The position numbers and the translations under genes were made by a program. 64,000 bases of DNA from Gammaproteobacteria bacterium. Lineage in GTDB: Bacteria > Pseudomonadota > Gammaproteobacteria > Steroidobacterales > Rariloculaceae. A model generated the notes under the pieces. It did not search any database. It was given only the letters and a program-made list of their open reading frames with translations, and was not told the origin of the DNA. Within the stretch, counting starts at the first letter, position 1. Every line of letters starts with the position of its first letter. The stretch covers positions 1,135,987-1,199,986 of the forward strand of contig OY761822.1 in the NCBI GenBank assembly GCA_963664945.1, in the 5' to 3' direction. Shown here piece after piece: positions 34,121 through 42,165 of this stretch.

Positions 34121-34555
34121 TCAATTCGCCTCGAGGTCTTCCAGCGACCCCGTGCCCTGGGGCGAATAGAAGGTAGCCACATCGCCGCTGGGCAGGAGCG
34201 CGTGGGTGATGCGCAGCATGGTCGCGCCGTTGCGGCCCGGATTGCCCCTTATCGTGACTGTATCGCCGGGTTGAATCATGTCACGCTCCACACCGTTGCG
34301 GCGCATCATGTTGTTGGCGGGAAGTTCGGCGATCCACTCCGTCGCAGTGCCGTCTGCGTCGGTCATGGTGTAGACGAATCGGCCGTGAGGATTGGCCGGC
34401 GTGAAGGACACGGCGGTAACGTCGCGATGGATGACGACTGCCCCAAAATCGAAGTAGTGCCCCGGATTGTGGTGGGCGGCAACGGATGCCGCAGCCAACA
34501 ATCCAAACATCAGCAAACCGGGGAGCAGGGGATGTCGTGCAGACTTCATTCTCAA
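34121..34555 (-). CDS. Secreted DUF6152-like protein, short form (paralogue 4 of 4)
   Basis: MRMKSARHPLLPGLLMFGLLAAASVAA|HHNPGHYFDFGAVVIHRDVTAVSFTPANPHGRFVYTM..; 144 aa; convergent with paralogue 3. Confidence 0.7.
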   Translation of the reverse strand: MRMKSARHPLLPGLLMFGLLAAASVAAHHNPGHYFDFGAVVIHRDVTAVSFTPANPHGRFVYTMTDADGTATEWIAELPANNMMRRNGVERDMIQPGDTVTIRGNPGRNGATMLRITHALLPSGDVATFYSPQGTGSLEDLEAN

Positions 34556-34735
34556 CCTTCCTGTCCGATAGACGGTGTGCGGAAATCCTACTTCAGCCTT
34601 GTTGTGCCCGGCAACAGGCGATCAGGCAGGAGATTCTGGATGTACATGAACCAATAGCCCGTGTCGCCGGTCCGGCCGCGCTCAATAGCCAAAACCCCAT
34701 GCTGCTTGTCCGGCCGCGTTCAATCCCCGGCGCGT

Positions 34736-35605
34736 TCAATCCCCGGGCTGCGGCCATATGCGTATCAGCCCTTCCTGGGCGGTGGAGGCGACCAGCTTGC
34801 CCTTCTCATCGTAGAACCGGCCGGTGGCGAGTCCCCGCGAGCCGGAGGCGTTGGGGCTCTCCATGCAGTACAGCAGCCACCGGTCGGCGCGGAACGGGCG
34901 ATGGAACCACATCGCATGGTCCAGGCTCGCCATTTGCACGTTGTCCTGCTCCCAGCGTATTCCGTGGGGAAGGATGGTCGTGCCCACCAACTGGTAGTCG
35001 GAAATGTAGGCGAGCAGATTGCGGTGCAGGTCCGCGTCATCGGGCAGCTCGTCGACCGTTCGTATCCACAGGTGCCGGTGGGGTTCTCTCGGCGCCCGGG
35101 TCAGCAGATCCACCGACTCTACGGGCCTCATCTCGATGGGCCGCTCCCGCTTCAGGTACCGGCGCATCTTCTGGGGCACGTTCTGCATGCTGGCTGCCGG
35201 CACGTCCCGCAGTTCGGCAAGTTCTTCGGGGGGCGGTACGTCCGGGACCCTGGGTTGATGCTCGATGCCCGTCTCGGGCTTCTGGAACGATGCGGCCATG
35301 TTGAAGATCGGACGGCCATGCTGCACGGCGACCACCCGGCGGTTGCTGAAACTTCGGCCATCCCGGGCGCGGTCGACTTCGTACAGGATCGGCGCGCCGA
35401 TATCGCCGGCTCGCAGAAAGTAGGCATGCAGCGAGTGAACCGTGAAATTCTCCACCGTATAACTTGCGGCGCTCAGCGCCTGACCCACCACCTGACCGCC
35501 GAACACCCGCCTGCTGCCGATGTCCCGGCTCTCGCCGCGGAAGAAGTTGTCCTCCACTCGCTCCAGCTTCAGGAGCTTGAGCAGGTCGGCCAGGATCGGT
35601 TTCAT
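34736..35605 (-). CDS. tesB: Acyl-CoA thioesterase II
   Basis: MKPILADLLKLLKLERVEDNFFRGESRDIGSRRVFGGQVVGQALSAA..HSLHAYFLRAGD..; 289 aa. Confidence 0.9.
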   Translation of the reverse strand: MKPILADLLKLLKLERVEDNFFRGESRDIGSRRVFGGQVVGQALSAASYTVENFTVHSLHAYFLRAGDIGAPILYEVDRARDGRSFSNRRVVAVQHGRPIFNMAASFQKPETGIEHQPRVPDVPPPEELAELRDVPAASMQNVPQKMRRYLKRERPIEMRPVESVDLLTRAPREPHRHLWIRTVDELPDDADLHRNLLAYISDYQLVGTTILPHGIRWEQDNVQMASLDHAMWFHRPFRADRWLLYCMESPNASGSRGLATGRFYDEKGKLVASTAQEGLIRIWPQPGD

Positions 35606-35671
35606 GGCTCAAGGCCCGTCAACGCTTTGCGATTCATGGCGCAGGGCCTGTCTATGCAATCCCGGATAGCA

Positions 35672-36559
35672 CTAACCGGCCTTGCGCGGCTGGATTCGGT
35701 TGAGGCGCGCGATAAGGCTGCTGGTGTCCCAGCGTCCGCCACCCATGCCTTCGACATCGGAGTAGAACTGGTCGACCAGGGCGGCGACGGGCAGCTCCGC
35801 GCCGTTGCGCCGGGCCTCCTGAAGACAGATGCGGAGATCCTTGCGCATCCACTCCACGGCAAATCCGAACTCGAATTCTCCGGCCATCATGGTTTCCCAA
35901 CGGTTGTCCATTTGCCAGGACTGGGCGGCTCCCTGGCTGATGACCTCCACCGCCCGCTGCGGGTCCAGTTCGGCCTGGCGGGCGAAATTCAATGCCTCGG
36001 AAAGGCCCTGAACGAGTCCGGCGATGGCGATCTGGTTGACCATCTTGGTCAACTGGCCGCATCCGGCGCCGCCCATGAGCTTGACGGTGCCGGCGAAGCA
36101 GCGGATCAGCGGTTCGGCCCGGCGGAATGCTTCGGCGTCGCCGCCTGCCATGACGGTCAATTCCCCCTGCTCGGCGCCCGCCTGTCCGCCGGAAACAGGG
36201 GCATCCAGGCACTGCACGCCCCGTTCCGCGCCGGCGGAGGCCAGTTCCCTCGCCATGTCCGCGGAGGCCGTGGTGTGGTCGATCAATGTGGAACCGGGTT
36301 GCATGGCGTCGATGACACCCTGATCGAGGAAGATATCCCGAAGGTCGGGGTCATCTCCTAGACAGCTAAAGACGAACTCCTTGCCTGCGACGGCGTCCAC
36401 AGCAGCGTCGGCGCGAGAGCCTCCGTGCTGGTCGCACCAACGCCGCGCCTTCGCGGAGGTACGGTTGTAAACCGTCACGTCGTGCCCGGCGCTGCGCAAC
36501 CAGCCGGCCATGGGGTAGCCCATGACACCCAGACCCAGAAAGGCGACCTTGTTCGGCAC
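35672..36559 (-). CDS. NAD(P)-dependent oxidoreductase, 3-hydroxyisobutyrate dehydrogenase family
   Basis: KVAFLGLGVMGYPMAGWLRSAGHDVTVYNRT (Rossmann fold) plus the 6-PGDH-like C-terminal domain; 295 aa. Confidence 0.85.
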   Translation of the reverse strand: MPNKVAFLGLGVMGYPMAGWLRSAGHDVTVYNRTSAKARRWCDQHGGSRADAAVDAVAGKEFVFSCLGDDPDLRDIFLDQGVIDAMQPGSTLIDHTTASADMARELASAGAERGVQCLDAPVSGGQAGAEQGELTVMAGGDAEAFRRAEPLIRCFAGTVKLMGGAGCGQLTKMVNQIAIAGLVQGLSEALNFARQAELDPQRAVEVISQGAAQSWQMDNRWETMMAGEFEFGFAVEWMRKDLRICLQEARRNGAELPVAALVDQFYSDVEGMGGGRWDTSSLIARLNRIQPRKAG

Positions 36560-36593
36560 GTTGCACTCCCCTTGGACCGTGGAAAAATCGGCG

Positions 36594-37553
36594 CTACCTT
36601 AGCACCGTCGCCATTGCAGCGGCAAAGCGTTTCCGGTCGTCGGTTGAATCGGCGCCGCCGTGGGCAAGGGCCCAGAAATACGCCATTAGCTGAACCAGCC
36701 TTACAACCCGACTCCACTGCGAAACGGAAACAGGAGCAGCGTCCGGTCCATAGTAGGCATCCATCAGGCGACGGCAGTGGGCTTGTCCGAAACCATTCAG
36801 TCCGGCGAGCCCTGCCAAATCAAGGATGGGGTGGGCCCGAACCGCGAATTCGAAGTCCACCAGCCAGAGTCGCCCATCGTCGAGGATGTTGGCCGCCACC
36901 AGATCGTTGTGGCACGGGGCAGTCGGTTTGAATGCCGCTTCGTACGCCTGTGCCAGGTGTCTGAACTCCGCGCTCCACCGGCGCAGTTCGTCCGCGTCCC
37001 CGTGTGGCGCGCCGGTCGGTCTACACGCCGCATCGATGTAGCTTCGCGCCAATTCCGTTGGCCGAAAGGTACGAAGCCCGGCGGGCGCGGGCAGGTTGTG
37101 AAGACGGCGCAGCATGGCCGCCGCCCGATCGATATTCGCAGGATACCGAATCCGCTCGGGGTTCAGGGTTGTCGCCCCCCGAAGGTACCGGGTTATCAGG
37201 GTGCCGGTTTCGGTGTCGCAGGCGATTACCGGGGGGCTCAATTTCGCTTCGGCGGTCAACGCCAGCACTTGTCTTTCGCTATCGAGACTCAGCGTTTCGT
37301 TGGCGCACGAAACCTCGCCGGAGGAGGACGCATCGCCGGAGGAGGACGGCCCGCCTGGGGAGGACGGCCCGCCTGGGGACGACGCCTCGCCGGAGCGGGA
37401 ACCCAGCGGCAGGCGAACTGCCCAGCGGTCTCTCCCGCGGCTCAGCAGGCAACTCCGATTGCTGAGCCCGCCGGGCAACGGCTGTGCCCGCAATTCCGCA
37501 GCCTCGATCCCAAGGAGCCTGGCCAGTTTCGCAAGCGTCGCCGGTTCGATCAT
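36594..37553 (-). CDS. APH/choline-kinase-family phosphotransferase (possible vitamin kinase coupled to pnuC)
   Basis: GGLSNRSCLL (nucleotide loop) and CHNDLVAANILDDGRLWLVDFEFA (Brenner/catalytic motif). ATG 37553 lies 4 nt after the pnuC stop. Contains the S/G/P-rich repeat insertion. Confidence 0.75.
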   Translation of the reverse strand: MIEPATLAKLARLLGIEAAELRAQPLPGGLSNRSCLLSRGRDRWAVRLPLGSRSGEASSPGGPSSPGGPSSSGDASSSGEVSCANETLSLDSERQVLALTAEAKLSPPVIACDTETGTLITRYLRGATTLNPERIRYPANIDRAAAMLRRLHNLPAPAGLRTFRPTELARSYIDAACRPTGAPHGDADELRRWSAEFRHLAQAYEAAFKPTAPCHNDLVAANILDDGRLWLVDFEFAVRAHPILDLAGLAGLNGFGQAHCRRLMDAYYGPDAAPVSVSQWSRVVRLVQLMAYFWALAHGGADSTDDRKRFAAAMATVLR

Positions 37554-37557
37554 GGGC

Positions 37558-38163
37558 TCACGCGGCGTCCGCCAGATATTCTCGCCTCCAACGCCGGTAG
37601 CCAACGACAGCCATGACCAGGTAGAACACGAACAGCAGGGCGGTCAGGTAAAGCTCTCTGGCCACGTAAAGATAGACGGCGATGCTGTCGATGACGAACC
37701 AATACAGCCAGTGCTCCAGCACCTTTTGCGCCACCATGAAGGTCGTCACGATGGCCGCCACGGTGATGAAGGCTTCGGCGTAAGGGAAGGCGGTGTCGGT
37801 CATGCTCATGATCCAGCCCAGGAGCAAGGCGGCGGCGCCGGTTCCTGCGATCACCTGAATGTGGCGGACAATCGACAAGGTGTGAATCCGCACCCCGGCG
37901 CCTTCGTCCCCGGCGTAACGCCACTGGTACCAACCGTAAATTGCCATGCCCACGTAGAATATCTGCAGCGCGGATTGCATGTAGAGGAGGGCGGAATAGA
38001 AGACCCCCATGAAGATCAGGGCGCTGGTCATCCCAGCCGCCCAGCAAAGGATGTTCTGGTGTATGGCCAGCACCAGATAGGCGATGGCCAGCAGGACCGC
38101 CGCCGTTTCGGGAATGGACAGCGTCGAGAAGGCGGCAACTAGATATTCGAGCATGGCTTCCAT
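37558..38163 (-). CDS. pnuC: PnuC-family nicotinamide riboside / vitamin transporter
   Basis: Start moved to MEAMLEYLVAAFSTLSIPETAAVLLAIAYLVLAIHQNILCWAAGMTSALIFMGVFYSALLYMQSALQIFYVGMAIYGWYQW..; multi-TM; about 201 aa. Confidence 0.85.
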   Translation of the reverse strand: MEAMLEYLVAAFSTLSIPETAAVLLAIAYLVLAIHQNILCWAAGMTSALIFMGVFYSALLYMQSALQIFYVGMAIYGWYQWRYAGDEGAGVRIHTLSIVRHIQVIAGTGAAALLLGWIMSMTDTAFPYAEAFITVAAIVTTFMVAQKVLEHWLYWFVIDSIAVYLYVARELYLTALLFVFYLVMAVVGYRRWRREYLADAA

Positions 38164-38311
38164 GGAACAAACACGTAACTCATTGATTCTCTGTTGGAGG
38201 GCGGTCGTTTGTCCTCTCGCGTCCGCGGGCCGGCCGCCGCCGGGTTCACTGCTTGCATGGAAATACTCGTTTCCCTCCGCGTCAGCGCACCGGCGACCGG
38301 AGCGAAAATCG
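38157..38311 (-). repeat. Copy A of the pnuC leader region (authentic, between the DUF77 stop and the pnuC start)
   Basis: Minus strand reads TAGcgattttcgctccggtcgccggtgcgctgacgcggagggaaacgagtatttccatgcaagcagtgaacccggcggcggccggcccgcggacgcgagaggacaaacgaccgccctccaacagagaatcaatgagttacgtgtttgttccATGgaag. Confidence 0.8.
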
Positions 38312-38584
38312 CTAGATACCCAGATCCGGAGGCTCGTCAAGCGGCAGGTCGACGTTCAGAAACTTGACCACCAGTGCCTGCGATCCGCCGTTCTCAAAGG
38401 ACCGCCGCAGGCCCGTCTCGACCGCCCGGCATACGTCGCCGAGCTCACCGGTGAGCTGGGTACTCATCTGGTTGACGCGGATCCGCAGGCCCGGCATATC
38501 CTGGATTACATGGATGAAGGATTGAACAGCGGGAATATAGTCGTCCGTCAGGGGATACAGGCTGAGCTCGGCGGTGATTCGCAT
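38312..38584 (-). CDS. MTH1187/YkoF-family (DUF77) small ligand-binding protein
   Basis: MRITAELSLYPLTDDYIPAVQSFIHVIQDMPGLRIRVNQMSTQLTGELGDV..; 90 aa ferredoxin-like family associated with thiamine/HMP binding. Confidence 0.75.
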   Translation of the reverse strand: MRITAELSLYPLTDDYIPAVQSFIHVIQDMPGLRIRVNQMSTQLTGELGDVCRAVETGLRRSFENGGSQALVVKFLNVDLPLDEPPDLGI

Positions 38585-38670
38585 GACTTGTTCGGTTCCT
38601 CGTTGTGCCTCGCGGGTTGTTGTGGGCGGATCGCCGCCTGCAATTGCGGCTGCATGACAGGCATGAGCAG

Positions 38671-39201
38671 TCAGCCGCTTTCCTTGAGGCGCGGCAACAA
38701 CTCGGCCAGGTTGCAGGGCCGGGTGCGGTAGTCCAGTTGCATGGCGATGATCCTGTCCCAGCCGGTGGCGCAGGCGTTGGTGGAGCCGGGGAGGCAGAAA
38801 ACGTACGTGCCGTTGGCCACACCGGCGAGGCAGCGGGACTGGATGCTCGAGGTGCCGATCTCCTCAAACGAGATCGCCCGGAAAAGCTCGCCGAAGCCGT
38901 CGATGGTTTTCTCCAGAAGGGGTTCGACCGCCTCGGGCGTGCCGTCGCGGCCGGTCACGCCGGTCCCCCCGGTGGTGATCACCACCTCGACTTCGGGAGC
39001 GCCGATCCAACCGGAAACACGGGCGCCGATGGCATCGAGATCGTCGCGTACGATCGCTTTCTCGCGCAGACGGTGACCGGCGTCCGTCAGGCGCCGCGCC
39101 AGCAGCGCGCCCGAGCGGTCGGTGTGCTCGTCACGGGTATCGGATACGGTGAGTACCGCGATGTTGAGCGGGATCAAGTCCCTGGGTTTCGCCTCCGGCA
39201 T
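38671..39201 (-). CDS. moaB: Molybdenum cofactor biosynthesis protein B
   Basis: NIAVLTVSDTRDEHTDRSGALLARRLTDAGH..VVITTGGTGVTGRDGTPEAV; 176 aa. Confidence 0.9.
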   Translation of the reverse strand: MPEAKPRDLIPLNIAVLTVSDTRDEHTDRSGALLARRLTDAGHRLREKAIVRDDLDAIGARVSGWIGAPEVEVVITTGGTGVTGRDGTPEAVEPLLEKTIDGFGELFRAISFEEIGTSSIQSRCLAGVANGTYVFCLPGSTNACATGWDRIIAMQLDYRTRPCNLAELLPRLKESG

Positions 39202-39279
39202 GGGGCGATAACATGGCAGGATATCCGGCGCCCCGCAAGCATGCGGGGCGCCGGCCGGCTCCGATAAAGCTTCGAGCGA

Positions 39280-39909
39280 TCAGTCCAGGGTCATGTATCG
39301 CTCGAACCGGGCAACCTCGGCCTCGTCGACGTATTTGCCGATCTCCCGGCGGAAATGATCCATGTCCGAATAGGGCTGGTACTCGAGAAACTCGCGCACC
39401 ATGCGGTTGCTGGCTCCGGGCACGGTCGCGAAGTCGTCCCGGGTTGCGGAATTGAGGTTCAGCGGCACGAATACGTACTGCTCGAGCCGAGCGACTTCGG
39501 CGTCGTCCACGTATTTGCCGATCTCCCGGCGAAATTGCTCCAGCGACGTATAGGGCCGGTACTCCTCGAACTCGTGGGTCATGCGGTTGTTCATGCCGGG
39601 AATCAGCATGATCTCGTCGCCCGACGCGGTATTGAGATTCAGCGGTATGAACAGCTCCGCGTAAACCTCCGCACGTTGCTCGTCACTCAGCGAACCGCTC
39701 AGGAGCGCATCGACTTCCAGGGTGCTGGCGAACGGTCGTCCCTCGACGATGCCGGCAACGAGACCCTCGTCGAGATGCGCCACGCCGGCCAACTCACCCT
39801 CGTCGGCGAGGTTCGGATTGAGAATGCTGTCGTTGTTGCCGACCTGGGCCTGCGCCAAGCTCCAGCAAAGGCCGACTGTCAGGAAAAGGGCCGCTTTGAT
39901 TCTATCCAT
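39280..39909 (-). CDS. Secreted helix-hairpin-helix repeat protein (ComEA-like HhH units)
   Basis: Start moved to MDRIKAALFLTVGLCWSLAQAQ (SD gggaggg). Internal ~55-aa repeats: LNLNTASGDEIMLIPGMNNRMTHEFEEYRPYTSLEQFRREIGKYVDDAEVARLEQY / LNLNSATRDDFATVPGASNRMVREFLEYQPYSDMDHFRREIGKYVDEAEVARFERY. Confidence 0.7.
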   Translation of the reverse strand: MDRIKAALFLTVGLCWSLAQAQVGNNDSILNPNLADEGELAGVAHLDEGLVAGIVEGRPFASTLEVDALLSGSLSDEQRAEVYAELFIPLNLNTASGDEIMLIPGMNNRMTHEFEEYRPYTSLEQFRREIGKYVDDAEVARLEQYVFVPLNLNSATRDDFATVPGASNRMVREFLEYQPYSDMDHFRREIGKYVDEAEVARFERYMTLD

Positions 39910-40143
39910 TTGTTCCCTCCCGGGAATGCCTGTTTCGGTTTTCCCAATAGACATGCACCAAACTGCGCCAGACGAATGTTGGTGACTTTAACTATCGTAT
40001 TGATTGCACGCTGCCCATCGTAGGAGCCCCCGTCGGAGGGGGTCAAGACACTCCCACCAAACTTGAGCAATCTTTACATTTTGGCGCCTTCAGGCGATGC
40101 GCGGGGGCGCGGACGGAAGGCAGATGCGGGCTATACTTCGAAA

Positions 40144-40737
40144 ATGCTCCGCCGCCTGTTCGATTCGCACTGGTTCCTCTGGGTTCTGCTCGCGTTGCCG
40201 GCCGCGGTGACCATCGTCCGCTATGCAACCGGTGCGACCTTCTACGGAGAAGTGGTGCATTCCACGGGCCAACTCTCCGCGCAACTGCTCATTCTCACCA
40301 TGGCGGTGACCCCGGCGCAGTTGATGTTTCCCCGTCGGGCATGGGTCAGATGGCTATTGCGAAGGCGGCGCCATTTCGGCGTGGCGTCGTTCGGTTACGC
40401 GGTCCTTCATACGGCCGTCTACCTGATTCGTACCGGCGCTTTCGGCGATATCCTGGCCGATGCCGCGGAGCCCGGTCTGCTGACGGGCTGGATCGCGCTG
40501 GCGATATTCGTTCCGCTGGCCATCACCAGCAACGACGCCTCGGTGCGGCGGTTGCGGCGGCTGTGGAAGCGCCTGCACCGCTGGGTCTACGCGGCTGCCA
40601 TCCTGACCTTCGCCCATTGGGTCCTGACTGCGTTCGATCCCGTTCCCGGCCTGATTCACCTGGCCGTGCTGGCCGCGCTCGAGGGATATCGGCTCTGCAA
40701 GACGGCACGCTCAAGGCGCCGCCGCTTTGCCCGCTGA
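40144..40737 (+). CDS. Ferric-reductase-like / MsrQ (YedZ)-like haem-b membrane protein
   Basis: Start moved to MLRRLFDSHWFLWVLLALP..; multiple TM helices with conserved His (..FGYAVLHTAVYL.., ..ILTFAHWVL..). No msrP partner is adjacent. Confidence 0.65.
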   Translation: MLRRLFDSHWFLWVLLALPAAVTIVRYATGATFYGEVVHSTGQLSAQLLILTMAVTPAQLMFPRRAWVRWLLRRRRHFGVASFGYAVLHTAVYLIRTGAFGDILADAAEPGLLTGWIALAIFVPLAITSNDASVRRLRRLWKRLHRWVYAAAILTFAHWVLTAFDPVPGLIHLAVLAALEGYRLCKTARSRRRRFAR

Positions 40738-41350
40738 CCTCTGGAGCCTGGTGCTGGCGGCGGGGGCGTCCCGCCGTCTGGGCACCGCGAAACAGTTGCT
40801 GAGAATCCGCGGCCGGAGACTTCTAAGCCGAACCATCGACGCGGCCGAAGCCGTCACTCCGAACCGGGTCGTCGTCGTCGTCGGCGCTGACGCGCTCAGG
40901 ATACGGTTGCTGATCCGACGCCACCATCCGGGCACCCATAGCGTTGACAATTCCCATTGGGCCGAGGGCATGGCCGGTTCGCTGCAGGCGGGGCTGGCGG
41001 TTCTGCCCGCGCGGGCAACGGCCGCGTTGTTGCTGTTGAGCGATCAGCCGGCGGTGGGTGAAGCGACCCTGCGGCGGCTGATTCGCGCTTGGTGGAGTCG
41101 TCCCGGCAAGGCGGCGGCCGCCGCCTACGGGAGCGTCGTGGGAGTGCCTGCGATTCTTCCGAGGACGCTCTGGAGGGAGGCGCGTCGTCTCAGTGGCGAC
41201 ACCGGCGCCCGCAAGCTGCTACGCGTGGGACAGACGGTCGCCACGGTGGATATGCCCGAGGCGGCGTGGGATATCGACACGCCGGAGGACCTGCAATGGC
41301 AGACACAGGGACATCCCGCGCCAGGCAATCGCTGGAGACGGACCGCCTGA
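40727..41350 (+). CDS. MobA/MocA-like molybdenum cofactor nucleotidyltransferase
   Basis: LVLAAGASRRLGTAKQLL.. (NTP-transferase P-loop-like motif) ..LLLSDQPAV..WDIDTPEDL. TTG start at 40727 overlaps the upstream gene's end. Confidence 0.75.
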   Translation: MPADLWSLVLAAGASRRLGTAKQLLRIRGRRLLSRTIDAAEAVTPNRVVVVVGADALRIRLLIRRHHPGTHSVDNSHWAEGMAGSLQAGLAVLPARATAALLLLSDQPAVGEATLRRLIRAWWSRPGKAAAAAYGSVVGVPAILPRTLWREARRLSGDTGARKLLRVGQTVATVDMPEAAWDIDTPEDLQWQTQGHPAPGNRWRRTA

Positions 41351-41637
41351 AAATTGTGGTGGCCGATGCCCCGGGGATATACTCGTCAGCTCTCAATCCC
41401 ATGAATCGAAGTCGGCGACGTCACCTGTACCACCGGCCAGGTCGGCGGTCAGCCGGTCATCTCAAGCACGATAAAGATCGGCGATGTCAGATACACCACG
41501 GGTCAATCCGGTCAGTGACTGGCGCCGCCGCCCAAGACATGGAAGGACCGTTGGCTGCCCATTGGTCGCCCGTGCGTTGACATTGGCTGCTAGCGTACGA
41601 TAGCAATCTCACACATGCTCGTTTCACGGAGGCAACA

Positions 41638-41862
41638 ATGGACACTGTGCAAATCAGCGCAAGAATACACCCGTCGTTGAAATCCGCGATCGAAACGCAT
41701 TGCAAGTCCAGGGGGTTGGTGATGAACCATTTCGTTCAGGAGGCGTTAGTTGACCGCTTGGAAGAATTTGAGGATATCGATGACCTGAAGCGCATCCGGC
41801 ACGAGCCGTCACGTCCGTTGGCCGAGGTGCTCAAGGAAATCGAGCCCGATGGCGGGCTATAG
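41638..41862 (+). CDS. Type II antitoxin, RHH (RelB/ParD-like)
   Basis: 74 aa, MDTVQISARIHPSLKSAIETHCKSRGLVMNHFVQEALVDRLEE..; overlaps the downstream toxin by 14 nt. Confidence 0.75.
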   Translation: MDTVQISARIHPSLKSAIETHCKSRGLVMNHFVQEALVDRLEEFEDIDDLKRIRHEPSRPLAEVLKEIEPDGGL

Positions 41863-42109
41863 GATCGAAATTGCACAATCCGCTGAAAAACAGCTCAGAA
41901 AAATACCCGGTCCGGACCGGAAACGCCTCGCCCGCACGATGCTGCGCCTCGCGGATGAGCCGTTTCCCAGGGGAACAAGGAAACTGTCGGGATACGATGA
42001 CGTTTATCGCGTCCGGGCAGGCCGTTACCGAATCCTCTACAGCGTTTCCAATGCCAGGTTGATTGTCCTGGTTCTGAAAATCGGGCATCGCAAGGGCATT
42101 TTCAGATAG
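41849..42109 (+). CDS. Type II toxin, RelE/ParE family
   Basis: 86 aa, ..AEKQLRKIPGPDRKRLARTMLRLADEPFPRGTRKLSGYDDVYRVRAGRYRILYSVSNARLIVLVLKIGHRKGIF. Confidence 0.85.
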   Translation: MAGYRIEIAQSAEKQLRKIPGPDRKRLARTMLRLADEPFPRGTRKLSGYDDVYRVRAGRYRILYSVSNARLIVLVLKIGHRKGIFR

Positions 42110-42113
42110 ACCC

Positions 42114-42165
42114 GCGCCGCGGGAATTCGCGACAGTGGCTTTGCGACCGCGAATTCCCGCGGCGC
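42114..42165. terminator. Perfect 18-bp inverted repeat between the convergent relE-like and moaE genes (bidirectional terminator or REP-type hairpin)
   Basis: GCGCCGCGGGAATTCGCG - 16 nt - CGCGAATTCCCGCGGCGC; followed by the GGGGAATTCCCC palindrome at 42174..42185. No U-tract. Confidence 0.5.

Noticed and set aside
34715-34746. Perfect 16-bp tandem duplication cgcgttcaatccccgg x2 spanning the tesB stop codon, plus a related gtccggccgcgYtcaat further upstream
   Set aside because: It is real in the sequence but small. It is most simply a slippage duplication of the gene's 3' end, and I can attach no functional inference to it.
34661-36361. 566-aa plus-strand ORF spanning tesB and the dehydrogenase gene
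   Set aside because: Runs antisense to two clearly recognisable minus-strand genes and has no motifs.
38164-38311. THI-box, FMN or NAD+ (nadA / pnuC-motif) riboswitch upstream of pnuC
   Set aside because: I could not find the conserved cores I remember (CUGAGA..ACCUGAUCUGGAUAAUGCCAGCG for TPP; the FMN five-way junction blocks; the CAACA/ACCCC bulges of NAD-I). The only CCAACA is not conserved in the second copy. This needs cmscan to be definitive.
41550-41637. Sigma-70 promoter for the relB/relE-like pair (TTGACA at about 41577)
   Set aside because: The -35 hexamer is good, but I could not find a convincing -10 at 16-18 nt spacing. It is too weak to list as a feature.
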